IMG/VR virus record: IMGVR_UViG_3300036945_000745
Length of the DNA stretch: 29,282 nt
Source of the DNA: a virus
Taxonomy: Duplodnaviria > Heunggongvirae > Uroviricota > Caudoviricetes
Direction: 5' to 3' (one strand)
Part shown: piece by piece, positions 17,100 through 26,407 of the stretch
Layout: every line of letters begins with the position of its first letter
Position numbering within the stretch: position 1 is the stretch's first letter
Notes under the pieces: generated by a model
Seen by the model: the letters and a program-made list of their open reading frames with translations, nothing else
The model's database searches: none
What the model was told of the DNA's origin: nothing
Made by a program: the position numbers and the translations under genes

Positions 17100-18881
17100 T
17101 TAACCTTCGCAACTTACACAAGTCTCATCCATTGCTCTAGCGGCAATATCGCCTCTTAGTACCGATTCGGTTCTCATATAGTAAAGAGTCTTAACACCTT
17201 GCTTCCATGCTTCCATATGAATTTGGTTAATCCATTTTGGTTCTGCGGTTGCAGGAAATGCTAAATTCAATGAAACTGCTTGGTCTATATATTGCTGTCT
17301 TACACCGGCTTGTCTTACTAAATCCAATTGGTTTATTTCCTTAAATGTTTTGAATACATCTTTAACCGAACTACATCTATGAGCACGTTCATCAATTGAT
17401 ACTTCTTTACATTCAACTAATTTGCCATCTGAAAAACACCATTCATCTAAGAAGTCCAAATCTTGTACCGAACCACCATCTGCTAAAATTTTATCCCATA
17501 CTTCTTTGGTATTCTTACCCATTTTGCGGAGTACTTTTTCCAATTCAGGATTCTTTCTAATAAATGTACCTTTTGATGTTTGCTCCGTAAATACGTTAGC
17601 TGCCCAAGGTTCAATACCACTACTTACATTACCACTCAATTTAGAGTTTGATACCGTAGGTGCTACTGCCCTCAAGTGAGTATTTCTGAATCCACTTTCT
17701 TTACACCACAATGGTTCACCATATTCGTTTGCTAAATCTCTACTTGCTCTTTCAGATTCAATCTTAATGCCAGAGAAAATCTTACGAGTTTCGAATTGAG
17801 CTTGCAATCCTTCAAATGGTAATCCTTTTTGTTGTAAATAAGTGTGCCATCCTAATACACCTAATCCTAATGCTCTACCTCTTTCTGCTGAACGAACTGA
17901 ATTCTCAAATCCTTTCATATTCTTAGCTCTTTGTAAGAATTCTTCCAATACACCATCTAAGAAAATAGTAGATGTATAAACTAAGTCGGTATCTTTCCAC
18001 TCATCGTATTTTGCTAAGTTCAAAGAACTCAAACAACAAACAAATGAATGTTGCTCATCCGTATGTAAAACGATTTCAGAGCAAATGTTAGTCATATGAA
18101 CTTTTAAACCATTCTTTTTGTACATTTCAGGGTTTGCTTTATTTACATTACCTTTGTACATAATATAAGGTTCACCAGTTGCTTTACGTTTCTGAAGTAA
18201 CTTACCCCACTTACGTCTAGCTTCCGAATCACCTTCTTCAACCTTCTTCATAAATCTATCACTAACTACAACACATTGGTGTAAGTTAAGTGATTGGCGA
18301 TTTACATCTCCCTTTGGTTCTCTAATTTCTAAGAAATCTTCGAAATCTTTATGTTCGATTTTAATGTTTACCGATGCTGCTCCTCTACGAACGCTTCCCT
18401 GATTGGTTGCGAGTATCGTAGAATCGTAGATTTTAGCAAATGGTACAATACCATCAGATGTTCCATTGCCAGTGATTTTAGAACCGGCGGGTCGTATCAT
18501 ATTGATTCCAATACCAACACCACCTCCGTGCTTTGCTAACAACATCAATTCTAAGTTCTTAGAACCTATCTCATATACACTATCACCAACATCAATACCA
18601 AAGCAAGAGATTGGTAATCCTCTATCAGTACCTGTGTTTGATAATACCGGTGTTGCTAAACACAACCAACCCTTCCAAATGTAATCAAAGAACTTTGTTG
18701 CCATTTGTGGTTTATCCAAACGTTTGGCAACTGCCGTAGCAACTCTCCAATATGCATCTTTAGGTTTCTCACCCGCTTGTAAATATGTTTTAGATATAGT
18801 TTTTACATATATCTCATTGTTTCCCCACGATGGGAAATCAACATCTACTTCCCATCCGTATTCTTCTCCGTAATTTTTCAT
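17100..18881 (-). CDS. nrdA: Class I ribonucleotide reductase alpha subunit, no N-terminal ATP cone
   Basis: ATPVLSN, ISCF, GGGVG, NICSEI, APT, DQAVSLN, TLYYMR, C-terminal CVSC. Confidence 0.96.
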   Translation of the reverse strand: MKNYGEEYGWEVDVDFPSWGNNEIYVKTISKTYLQAGEKPKDAYWRVATAVAKRLDKPQMATKFFDYIWKGWLCLATPVLSNTGTDRGLPISCFGIDVGDSVYEIGSKNLELMLLAKHGGGVGIGINMIRPAGSKITGNGTSDGIVPFAKIYDSTILATNQGSVRRGAASVNIKIEHKDFEDFLEIREPKGDVNRQSLNLHQCVVVSDRFMKKVEEGDSEARRKWGKLLQKRKATGEPYIMYKGNVNKANPEMYKKNGLKVHMTNICSEIVLHTDEQHSFVCCLSSLNLAKYDEWKDTDLVYTSTIFLDGVLEEFLQRAKNMKGFENSVRSAERGRALGLGVLGWHTYLQQKGLPFEGLQAQFETRKIFSGIKIESERASRDLANEYGEPLWCKESGFRNTHLRAVAPTVSNSKLSGNVSSGIEPWAANVFTEQTSKGTFIRKNPELEKVLRKMGKNTKEVWDKILADGGSVQDLDFLDEWCFSDGKLVECKEVSIDERAHRCSSVKDVFKTFKEINQLDLVRQAGVRQQYIDQAVSLNLAFPATAEPKWINQIHMEAWKQGVKTLYYMRTESVLRGDIAARAMDETCVSCEG

Positions 18882-18892
18882 AACTTTTTTAT

Positions 18893-19906
18893 TTAAAATA
18901 AATCATCCCAATTTTCACCTTCACCTGCTTTACTATAATCCGTAGGCCTCATAGCAAAGAAGTCGGTATGAGTTACACCACCTGTTAAGTGATAGAACCA
19001 ATCTAATTCAGATGCTTTTACTTCATCAAATTCAAAATAATCATCACCACCCTTAATCGGGTTATATCCTAATTCACCCAACTTCTCATTAACTCTTTTT
19101 GTAATAAATTCTTTTAGGTCATCTTTTTTAAGATTCTCTAAATCCCCCATTTCAAAAATTCTATCAATAAATTTATGTTCCAAATCTCTAATGATTTCAG
19201 CTGCTTTGTAAATATCAGCCTTTGCTTCTTCTAACAATTCAGGAAACTCATCACACATATGTCTGAATAATTGGCAACCCATCTTTGAGTGAAGTGATTC
19301 ATCTCTCACACTCCACTTCATTTGTTGTCCGATACCTTTTAGTAGGTTTCTCATTTGGAATGAATACAATACAGCGAATGATGAATACAATGCTACACCT
19401 TCAGCGAATGCTGAAAAGATTGCCAATGAACGAGCTACTTCAACTCTAGCTTTATGGTTAGTATCCAAATCTTTTGGAGTCCAATCTGCCGTTGTATTTG
19501 TTAATAACTCAAATCTTTCTTTCATAACTTCATCATGCATAAAGCCTGCGAAGTCATCTAATCCTAATGTTTCATTGAGATATGAATATGCTACCGAATG
19601 TATTGTTTCTTGCGAACCAAATGCCATTGCCATCTGTCTAATCTCATGCTTTGGAAACCATTTAGTAACCATACCAGTCCAATAATCTGATACTGCACAT
19701 TCGGTTTGAGCAAATCCCAAAAGAATATTACCTACCAAATGTTTCTCTTCCTTTGTTAAATTCTCATTCCAATCCTTCACATCACCTTGCATTGGTATTT
19801 CGGTATGTAACCAAAATGCCTGCATTTGTTTTAACCAACCTTCATTGTAATAATCCGGATATTCGAATGGTTTAAAAGGAATTCTTTCAGTAAATAATTT
19901 GCTCAT
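18893..19906 (-). CDS. nrdB: Class I ribonucleotide reductase beta subunit
   Basis: FWLHTE, FAQTE, QETIHSVAY (radical Tyr), EGVALYSSF, RDESLH, DFF..R.TDY. Confidence 0.96.
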   Translation of the reverse strand: MSKLFTERIPFKPFEYPDYYNEGWLKQMQAFWLHTEIPMQGDVKDWNENLTKEEKHLVGNILLGFAQTECAVSDYWTGMVTKWFPKHEIRQMAMAFGSQETIHSVAYSYLNETLGLDDFAGFMHDEVMKERFELLTNTTADWTPKDLDTNHKARVEVARSLAIFSAFAEGVALYSSFAVLYSFQMRNLLKGIGQQMKWSVRDESLHSKMGCQLFRHMCDEFPELLEEAKADIYKAAEIIRDLEHKFIDRIFEMGDLENLKKDDLKEFITKRVNEKLGELGYNPIKGGDDYFEFDEVKASELDWFYHLTGGVTHTDFFAMRPTDYSKAGEGENWDDLF

Positions 19907-20001
19907 TTATATAATTTTTTATTAGAGTTGTAGGTATAACTATTCATCAATAATTAAAATTTTCTCTTTTCTTTAGAAAACTTTATATGACTTTTTGTCA
20001 G

Positions 20002-21357
20002 TTATCCCATGTTCTCTACATACTTTTTGTGTAATAATTTTTTCTCTAAATTCTCTCCGTTTTTAGAGTCTTTTGTTGCGATTACCCCATCCGCAGAGTT
20101 AGCTGCAAATACATCCATTACACCATGAAATGTATCAATCTTTGAAGGAAATGTCATTCCATCAGGTCCAAATCGATTCTTAACGATGTGAATACGACCT
20201 GTGTTTGATAACTTATCCTTTGTTTTTCTACTAACACTCATAATGAAATCGGCGGTTTGAACTTTCTTATAAGAATCTCCAACCGAATCTGCTCCAATCA
20301 CTTCGTGGTCGATAGCTGCTCTATTAGTTTGTGTTGCAGTCCAAATGGGAATTTGTTGTTCACCACTCAAACCTCTTAACTCTTCATAGATTCCACCTAA
20401 CTCAGCGTACAAACCATCTCTATTACTACCACTTTTTAATAAATCGGCGTAATCGATGATGATTAAATTTGGATTAAATCCACTTGCTCTCAATTTTTCG
20501 ATATGAGCTGATAGAGTTTTTGATGATGCGAATTGTGGTGGATAGTATTTGATACGAACTCTACCTGGAGTGTTCTTAATCTTACGAACGATTTCATCTT
20601 TACGTTCTTTATGCTCCGATGTTTGGATACCTGTAAGAATTGTGGTATATCTTTGTCCTACATAACTTTCGGATAATTCCAAAGTATAATGTAATACATT
20701 TAATCCCTTTTGAACTGCCGAACATGCTATCTTTGATAAGAACCAACTCTTACCAATTCCAGATGGTGCCATCACAACTCCTAATTCGCCTGGTCCTAAT
20801 CCTCCATCCATTAATTCATCAATGACTTCCCACCCAGTCGATACTGAATCTCGTTTGACATCTTCCATAATCAATTCGAAATTATCGATGTAATCTAATC
20901 CTAAGTCGTTTTCTACACCAACTTTAGATGCCGCCATCATCGTATCTATAATCTTATCGTAGTTTCCTGCTTTGAGTAAATCTACCGATTTTAAAAGAGC
21001 ATCTTTTACTTTTTGATTCTTAGCAAATGTAAGATATTCTTTTTTAACGTATGGTAAATCTTCCGCACCTATTTGTAAATAAACATTCTTTAATTGCTCA
21101 ATTACAGTTTGCTTTAAAGCCTTATCTTCAACAACGCCAACTTTAATTTTAAACACTTCCATTGTAGGAACTGTACGGAATTCATTGAAGTATTGTTGAA
21201 CTTCTTCAATAATCCATTGATTGGCTTGTGATTCAAAAAAAGCTGGTTTAGTTATTTCAGTTACCTGTTCTAAGAACTTTACATCTGATATAAGAGAAGC
21301 AACAACTTTAGATTGATACGATTGGCCATATTTGACTAGTGTATCTGTTGCTTCCAT
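20002..21357 (-). CDS. Replicative SF4 helicase (DnaB / T4 gp41-like)
   Basis: Walker A MAPSGIGKS, HYTLELSE, IIIDYAD, WTATQTNR, IVKNRFG. Confidence 0.95.
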   Translation of the reverse strand: MEATDTLVKYGQSYQSKVVASLISDVKFLEQVTEITKPAFFESQANQWIIEEVQQYFNEFRTVPTMEVFKIKVGVVEDKALKQTVIEQLKNVYLQIGAEDLPYVKKEYLTFAKNQKVKDALLKSVDLLKAGNYDKIIDTMMAASKVGVENDLGLDYIDNFELIMEDVKRDSVSTGWEVIDELMDGGLGPGELGVVMAPSGIGKSWFLSKIACSAVQKGLNVLHYTLELSESYVGQRYTTILTGIQTSEHKERKDEIVRKIKNTPGRVRIKYYPPQFASSKTLSAHIEKLRASGFNPNLIIIDYADLLKSGSNRDGLYAELGGIYEELRGLSGEQQIPIWTATQTNRAAIDHEVIGADSVGDSYKKVQTADFIMSVSRKTKDKLSNTGRIHIVKNRFGPDGMTFPSKIDTFHGVMDVFAANSADGVIATKDSKNGENLEKKLLHKKYVENMG

Positions 21358-21608
21358 TATTTCTTAGTTTTCTTTCTTGCTAATTTCTTCTCTTCGATTG
21401 ATAATTCTACTTGGTCGGTAGCTTGGTCGGTAACTTGGTCGGTAACTTGTACACTCTTTGGTTTTCGAGTTGCCAATTTCCATTCCGATTTTGGGCAGAA
21501 CGCCCATACTTTGGTACTTACTTTGGTATCTGCTTCGGAGTCTGTTACTCTACGGATTGTACCAACTTTATTGTCTTTTGTTTCTTTTACTACTTTAATA
21601 CACTTCAT
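21357..21608 (-). CDS. Small basic hypothetical protein containing a QVTD repeat
   Basis: Co-oriented; TAATG overlap with the helicase start. Confidence 0.7.
   Translation of the reverse strand: MKCIKVVKETKDNKVGTIRRVTDSEADTKVSTKVWAFCPKSEWKLATRKPKSVQVTDQVTDQATDQVELSIEEKKLARKKTKK
21409..21449. repeat. 12-bp tandem repeat, about 3.4 copies, in frame
   Basis: acttggtcggta-gcttggtcggta-acttggtcggta-acttg, encoding QVTD/QVTD/QATD/QV. Confidence 0.9.
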
Positions 21609-21637
21609 ACTGTTTGTCCATGTTTAATTTAAAAAAT

Positions 21638-21943
21638 TTATTTTAATACCATTAAGATTTCTGATTCTCTTAATAATGTATATTTTTCTCCGTTGATTTT
21701 TACTTCAACTCCCTGATGGTATGGTGGTAAAATTACCTCATCACCTTCAGCTACAGCCATTGGAATTAAAACTCCACCTTGCGTATAAATACCCGGCCCC
21801 GCTTTAATAACTTTTGCTCTTTTAACATCTTCTAATTTAGCGCTATCTGGAATAATAATTCCACCTGCGGTTCTATCATTTTGTTGTTCTGTTTCTTTTA
21901 GGAGAACTCTATCTCCAATTGGATGTGCTACTTTGTCTGCCAT
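21638..21943 (-). CDS. groES: GroES/Cpn10 co-chaperonin
   Basis: PIGDRVLL, mobile loop TAGGIIIPDSAK, GPG, V.EGD.V, LLRESEIL. Confidence 0.95.
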   Translation of the reverse strand: MADKVAHPIGDRVLLKETEQQNDRTAGGIIIPDSAKLEDVKRAKVIKAGPGIYTQGGVLIPMAVAEGDEVILPPYHQGVEVKINGEKYTLLRESEILMVLK

Positions 21944-21953
21944 AACTTATTTT

Positions 21954-23012
21954 TTAAAATTTACTAATATGTGAAAATGTCGATTGTAACCAATCGTTTA
22001 CATTAGGAAATGCATCTAACATACGATGTTTTAATCCTAACTTTAGAAATGAATGTTTTTCAAATTTTGGTGTTGGTTCATCAAACCTATCCATTATTTT
22101 TAAACGAAGATTTCCACTAAACTCTGGCTCCGATAACTGCATCAATTTACGATTTCTTTTTAAGATTTCCAAATTATTTTGAAATAACTCATGCGCTTTT
22201 ATTTTCTTTGGTAGAGTTTCAATGTATTCTAACATAGATTCGGTAGTATGTACGGTTTCTTCAGTTAAAATTGGAAATGCTTTGATGATAGTTTTTGCTC
22301 CTAAACCTGTAATACCTTCTACATTATCAGATTTATCGCCATCAATCATTCTGAAATTGATAAAGTTATGTGGATGAAATCCGTATTCTTCTTTTACTTC
22401 ATCAATTGTGTAAATCTTTTTCTTAGATGGTGAATATGCACTAACATCTTTGTTCACCAATTGAAGGAAATCTTTATCCGAACTCATTATAACCACCTTT
22501 TCGTTCTCTTTCTTCAATGTAGTAGCTATGTAAGCCATTACATCATCAGCTTCGATACCATCGTAAATCATAATAGTTACAGGTAAAGCAGATAAAAGTT
22601 CTCCTAATCCAGTCATTTGACGTTTCATAGATGCACTTTCTTCTTCGGGATTCATTTCAACGGTAGCGGCTCGATTCAATCTCATTTTGATTTTGTTCTT
22701 ACCTCTTTCGGATTTGTATCCTGCGTAAATTTCTTTTCTGCTATTTGAACCTCCCTTACCATCGAATACAACTACAACTCGTGTGGGGTTAATTAAACGG
22801 ATGGCGTAGCCGATACTTTTTAAAGTACCGACTATTCCTCCAATGTGGTCACCATTATCGTTTAGATTTGGTGCAGTTGACCAAGAACGAATGAATGTAT
22901 TAAGTCCATCAATAACTAAGGTTTTAGAATTACGTTGTAAATCTCCAAAACCTTTATGTTCTTCATCTATTTGTTTTAGTATATCTAAATACTTCTTATT
23001 AATCTGACTCAT
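21954..23012 (-). CDS. 5'-3' exonuclease / flap endonuclease (T4 RNase H-like)
   Basis: LVIDGLN, VVFDG, YK..R, EADD, SSDKDFLQL, GDKSDNVEGITGLG.KT. Confidence 0.95.
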   Translation of the reverse strand: MSQINKKYLDILKQIDEEHKGFGDLQRNSKTLVIDGLNTFIRSWSTAPNLNDNGDHIGGIVGTLKSIGYAIRLINPTRVVVVFDGKGGSNSRKEIYAGYKSERGKNKIKMRLNRAATVEMNPEEESASMKRQMTGLGELLSALPVTIMIYDGIEADDVMAYIATTLKKENEKVVIMSSDKDFLQLVNKDVSAYSPSKKKIYTIDEVKEEYGFHPHNFINFRMIDGDKSDNVEGITGLGAKTIIKAFPILTEETVHTTESMLEYIETLPKKIKAHELFQNNLEILKRNRKLMQLSEPEFSGNLRLKIMDRFDEPTPKFEKHSFLKLGLKHRMLDAFPNVNDWLQSTFSHISKF

Positions 23013-24105
23013 TTGCCTCGTCCGTTGTTATTTCAACTTCATCCGTTGCCGAATTTGTTTTATATTGTAAAATAGTTGCCTCACAAATCCTACGATAGAT
23101 TTGGTCTTTTAGTTCTTCATTCTCTAACATCTTAGCGAATTCTTTGGATTGAAATTTGGTAATTTCGCCCGTATCAATATCAATGTATTCATACCAAGCA
23201 CCCGCTTGCTTTAAGATTTTGGCATCTTTCATAACTGCTAACCACCCTCCGTAGTTATCAATACCTCTATCAAAGAAGATATCGAAATCTGCGTGTCTTA
23301 ATGGTGGTCCCATTCTATTTTTGATAACTTGCGTACGAACTTTGATACCAACAATTCTATCACCAACTTTCAATTGCCCCATACCCTTTAATCTCAATCT
23401 AACAGATGCGTGAAATGCTAATGCTTTACCACCCGATGTTGTCCAAGGGTCACCAAACATTGCGTTCATCTTCTGTCTTAACTGATTTGTGAATATAAGT
23501 GCAATAGATTGTCTACCAATCATATTAGTAATCTTTCTCATTGCTTTTGAAATGATAATAGCTTTATCAGTTGCGTAACCATCTTTATCATAATCAGCTT
23601 CCATCTCTTTCTTAGAAGATGCTGCTGCTACTGAATCGACTACGATTGTAACTAATCTATCTTTATCACCCGTTCTTACTTTCTCAATAATTGTTTCACA
23701 CGCTTCAAAGATACCTTCAACAGTATCAACTGAAACGTAAAGTAGTTTTGAGATATCTACTCCAATTGCTTCTAAAAATTCTCTACTTACTGCGGTTTCC
23801 GTATCAATTAGTACTGCAACACCACCCTTCTTTTGGGTTTCTGCTAAGAGATGGGCGGAGAGCAGAGATTTTCCACTCTGCTCTAAACCCGTTATCTCAC
23901 TAATACGGCCAACCGGCAAACCACCATAAGGGCGATTTGAAATTGCTACGTCTAACATTGCGTTACCCGTAGATAACCAATCCTTAACGTTGGTAGGAGC
24001 ATCGCCCCCATCATCATCTAAGAAGTAGGCAATCTTACCATCCTTATTTTGTTTGTTTAGAGAATCGGCGAGGATACTCGCTAAATCTTCTTCTCTTTTG
24101 GCCAT
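22999..24105 (-). CDS. recA: RecA/UvsX-like recombinase
   Basis: GGLPVGRISEITGLEQSGKS, IDTE, IVVDSVAA, IFTNQLR, TTSGGKALAFHASVRL, IKNRMGPP. Confidence 0.95.
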   Translation of the reverse strand: MAKREEDLASILADSLNKQNKDGKIAYFLDDDGGDAPTNVKDWLSTGNAMLDVAISNRPYGGLPVGRISEITGLEQSGKSLLSAHLLAETQKKGGVAVLIDTETAVSREFLEAIGVDISKLLYVSVDTVEGIFEACETIIEKVRTGDKDRLVTIVVDSVAAASSKKEMEADYDKDGYATDKAIIISKAMRKITNMIGRQSIALIFTNQLRQKMNAMFGDPWTTSGGKALAFHASVRLRLKGMGQLKVGDRIVGIKVRTQVIKNRMGPPLRHADFDIFFDRGIDNYGGWLAVMKDAKILKQAGAWYEYIDIDTGEITKFQSKEFAKMLENEELKDQIYRRICEATILQYKTNSATDEVEITTDEANESD

Positions 24106-24117
24106 TTGTAACTAATT

Positions 24118-24990
24118 TTAGTTGTTGAATAAATCATCGAATGCCGATGCTACATCATCTTTCGGTGCGGATTGTGGTGCTACTGCTTCTTCAGTTTCCC
24201 AAGGTAAATCAGCCGGTACGTTAGCTGCCGGTGGTGCCGATTGGAACGATGGAGTTGATACAGTTGGTTGTGATGCTACTGGTGTAGCTTTTGGTGCTTC
24301 CAATGCTTCGTTAACAGCGTTATCAGTTCCATTAGCAGGTGCCGATGGGTTTAACCAATTTTCTAACACACCTTTCAATTCATTATAAGATAACTCTGAA
24401 TATAATTCAGTAATATCTTTTTGGTTTTCTAACACACTTTGAATTGCTTCAGGTGAATCAGCTACCTTTGATTGAGATGGTTTAACACGAATGGTTGTTG
24501 TTGGATAAGCTGCATTTGATTCTTCAGCCGAAACAATTTCCAATACGATATCTCTACCATTTAATGGGTCGGTGATATCTCCGTAATCCGGGTCAGCGAT
24601 GTAACCTAAGATGTCCTGATAAACGGTCTTACCAAATCCCCAAAACTTAACACCTTCGTTCTCCTTACCTCTTACGATAACGGGTGCGAATGTTCTTAAT
24701 TTCGGCTCCATCTTCTTACCTGCTTTCCAATCATCGGTATCGCCTGTACGTTTAAGTTTTTCTGCAAACTCAACAATAGGGTCAGGTCTACCAAACGAAA
24801 TTGGAGATAGATAAGTTTTGTTGTTAATGTTGTAGTGAAAGAATAATTCAATGAACGGAATGTCCTTATTGAATTTGTAGGGAACTAATCTAATTTGATG
24901 TTTTCCCGGCGTTGGTTTCCAAAGTGAATCTGATTTTTTGGAAGTGTTTTGTAACGAGTTGAATCTCGATAGGGCAAGTTTAATGTCCAT
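24118..24990 (-). CDS. Single-stranded DNA-binding protein (T4 gp32-like, apparently lacking the zinc ligands)
   Basis: IRLVP, FFHY, DPIVEFA..L, VKFWGFGK, D......GRDI, Ala/Pro-rich linker, acidic tail DDVASAFDDLFNN; adjacent to the recombinase. Confidence 0.85.
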   Translation of the reverse strand: MDIKLALSRFNSLQNTSKKSDSLWKPTPGKHQIRLVPYKFNKDIPFIELFFHYNINNKTYLSPISFGRPDPIVEFAEKLKRTGDTDDWKAGKKMEPKLRTFAPVIVRGKENEGVKFWGFGKTVYQDILGYIADPDYGDITDPLNGRDIVLEIVSAEESNAAYPTTTIRVKPSQSKVADSPEAIQSVLENQKDITELYSELSYNELKGVLENWLNPSAPANGTDNAVNEALEAPKATPVASQPTVSTPSFQSAPPAANVPADLPWETEEAVAPQSAPKDDVASAFDDLFNN

Positions 24991-25068
24991 TTTGTTTTTG
25001 TTTTAAAGTTAATAATTGTTTTTAAAGTTGAGGTTTATATCGATATTACCTATATCTAAATATAACCT
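24991..25068 (-). promoter_or_regulatory. SSB 5' leader: hairpin followed by an unstructured A-rich tract (candidate autogenous operator)
   Basis: Minus strand AGGTTATAT-tta-GATAT-aggta-ATATC-g-ATAT-a-AACCT hairpin, then AACTTTAAAA twice before the ATG. Confidence 0.4.
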
Positions 25069-25086
25069 TTTTATCTTTTGTTGTAT

Positions 25087-25118
25087 CAAATGTACAACTA
25101 TTTTTTGAATATTCCTAA
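25087..25118 (-). promoter_or_regulatory. Bacteroidota-type sigma70 promoter for the SSB-RecA operon
   Basis: Minus strand TTAG-gaatattcaaaaaatagttg(20 nt)-TACATTTG; the -33 box has one mismatch. Confidence 0.65.
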
Positions 25119-25574
25119 TTATTTTTCAAAATACTTTACATCAATCCCAGCTTCTTTAAACATCTGAATTGAACGTTCTGCCGAATCTTCCCAAACCTTA
25201 TTCCAAGGCTTATTACTTTTGGAAAAAACTACTTTTGATATGCCAGCGTTGATAATACCTCTTGCACAATCGGCACAACTGATATCACAAGTCATATACA
25301 TTGTAGTATCTAAAGTGGATACTCCAATTCTAGCTGCATTATAAATTGCATTTCTTTCGGCGTGTTCAAACCAATAATATTTTTCAGGTCGTTCTTGTCT
25401 TTCTTGCAAATCATCGTTTATACCTCTCGGAAATGAGTTATACCCAGTTGATACAATTTCATTATCTTTACCAACTATTACAACACCTATTTGTGTTTTT
25501 TGGTCTTTGGATTTTAATTTGATTTGCTGAGCTATGTTTATAAAGTATTCATCCCAATTCATTACTTTGCCCAT
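25119..25574 (-). CDS. dCMP deaminase
   Basis: SKD...IG.VIV, STGYNSFPRG, HAERNAI, SCADCARGII zinc motifs. Confidence 0.93.
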   Translation of the reverse strand: MGKVMNWDEYFINIAQQIKLKSKDQKTQIGVVIVGKDNEIVSTGYNSFPRGINDDLQERQERPEKYYWFEHAERNAIYNAARIGVSTLDTTMYMTCDISCADCARGIINAGISKVVFSKSNKPWNKVWEDSAERSIQMFKEAGIDVKYFEK

Positions 25575-25915
25575 TTACCTCGTTGAACAATTTGTGCGAT
25601 TACACCATATACCGATAAATCTTCATAAGTGTCTTGAATTGATTCACCCACTTCATCTGGTTGACCTAATACTACTAATTGTTTTAAACGTTGAACTTTA
25701 TCATTGATTCTAAACCATAATCCAGTCAATGATAACTTAACATCATCTTTAGTTTCCAATGCCGTTCCTACGGAAATGTTTCCAGGTCCATAATTACGTT
25801 GTTTTTTACAAAACGTAACATACATCTCATCTAAAATGTTTTTGAATTCCTCACAAGTTTGAGGATAAGTGTGTTCGCAATATTGAATTGCAGATTCTGC
25901 TTTGATTTCTGACAT
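25562..25915 (-). CDS. DUF1599 / nucleotide-modification-associated domain 1 (Nmad1)-like protein
   Basis: KKQRNYG, RINDKVQRL, ESIQDTYEDLSVYGVI match the DUF1599 pattern K..DYG...R..DK..R...ES..DT..DL.NY. Confidence 0.75.
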   Translation of the reverse strand: MSEIKAESAIQYCEHTYPQTCEEFKNILDEMYVTFCKKQRNYGPGNISVGTALETKDDVKLSLTGLWFRINDKVQRLKQLVVLGQPDEVGESIQDTYEDLSVYGVIAQIVQRGKWAK

Positions 25916-25955
25916 ACTTTATTTATTATATTGTTTCTATGTTTTTATGTTAGAA

Positions 25956-25987
25956 CAAATATAATAAATTAATTCGGAATTTCCAAA
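25956..25987 (-). promoter_or_regulatory. Bacteroidota-type sigma70 promoter for the Nmad1-dCMP deaminase unit
   Basis: Minus strand TTTG-gaaattccgaattaatttat(20 nt)-TATATTTG. Confidence 0.8.
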
Positions 25988-26404
25988 TTAAAAAGTATCA
26001 ATATTCAAATCTGATAGATTTAAAGTTTTGTAAACTTTTGTAGGTATTTGTTTGTAGCCGTAGTTTGATGTGGTGATTATCGAATTTCTATAATCTTCCC
26101 AATTTAATTGATATGAATTATCCAATTGACCGCCTGTCTTAGATTTAATAACTTCATTTAAGGCATTAATTGTATATATTGTATTAGATTGTTTCTTTCT
26201 ATGAACTAAAATAGTTTTCCATTGAGAATCTATTGGCGATGAACCTTTCTCTACATTGAATGTAATAAATAAATCATCTTCCTTTACTTTATTTTCTAAT
26301 ATGAAAATATTTGGATTTATTAATACATAATTTTGTATTACAAATTGTAAAGATATATCTAGCTCCGCTCTATATGTAAATAAACATAATAGTTGTGTAT
26401 TCAT
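25988..26404 (-). CDS. Hypothetical protein (138 aa)
   Basis: Co-oriented ORF with HRKKQSNTIYTINALN; function not recognised. Confidence 0.8.
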   Translation of the reverse strand: MNTQLLCLFTYRAELDISLQFVIQNYVLINPNIFILENKVKEDDLFITFNVEKGSSPIDSQWKTILVHRKKQSNTIYTINALNEVIKSKTGGQLDNSYQLNWEDYRNSIITTSNYGYKQIPTKVYKTLNLSDLNIDTF

Positions 26405-26407
26405 TTT

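Noticed and set aside
6919-18881. Inteins or group I introns in PolB or RNR
   Set aside because: Both ORFs are continuous, of compact length, with motifs at normal spacing and no intein signatures.
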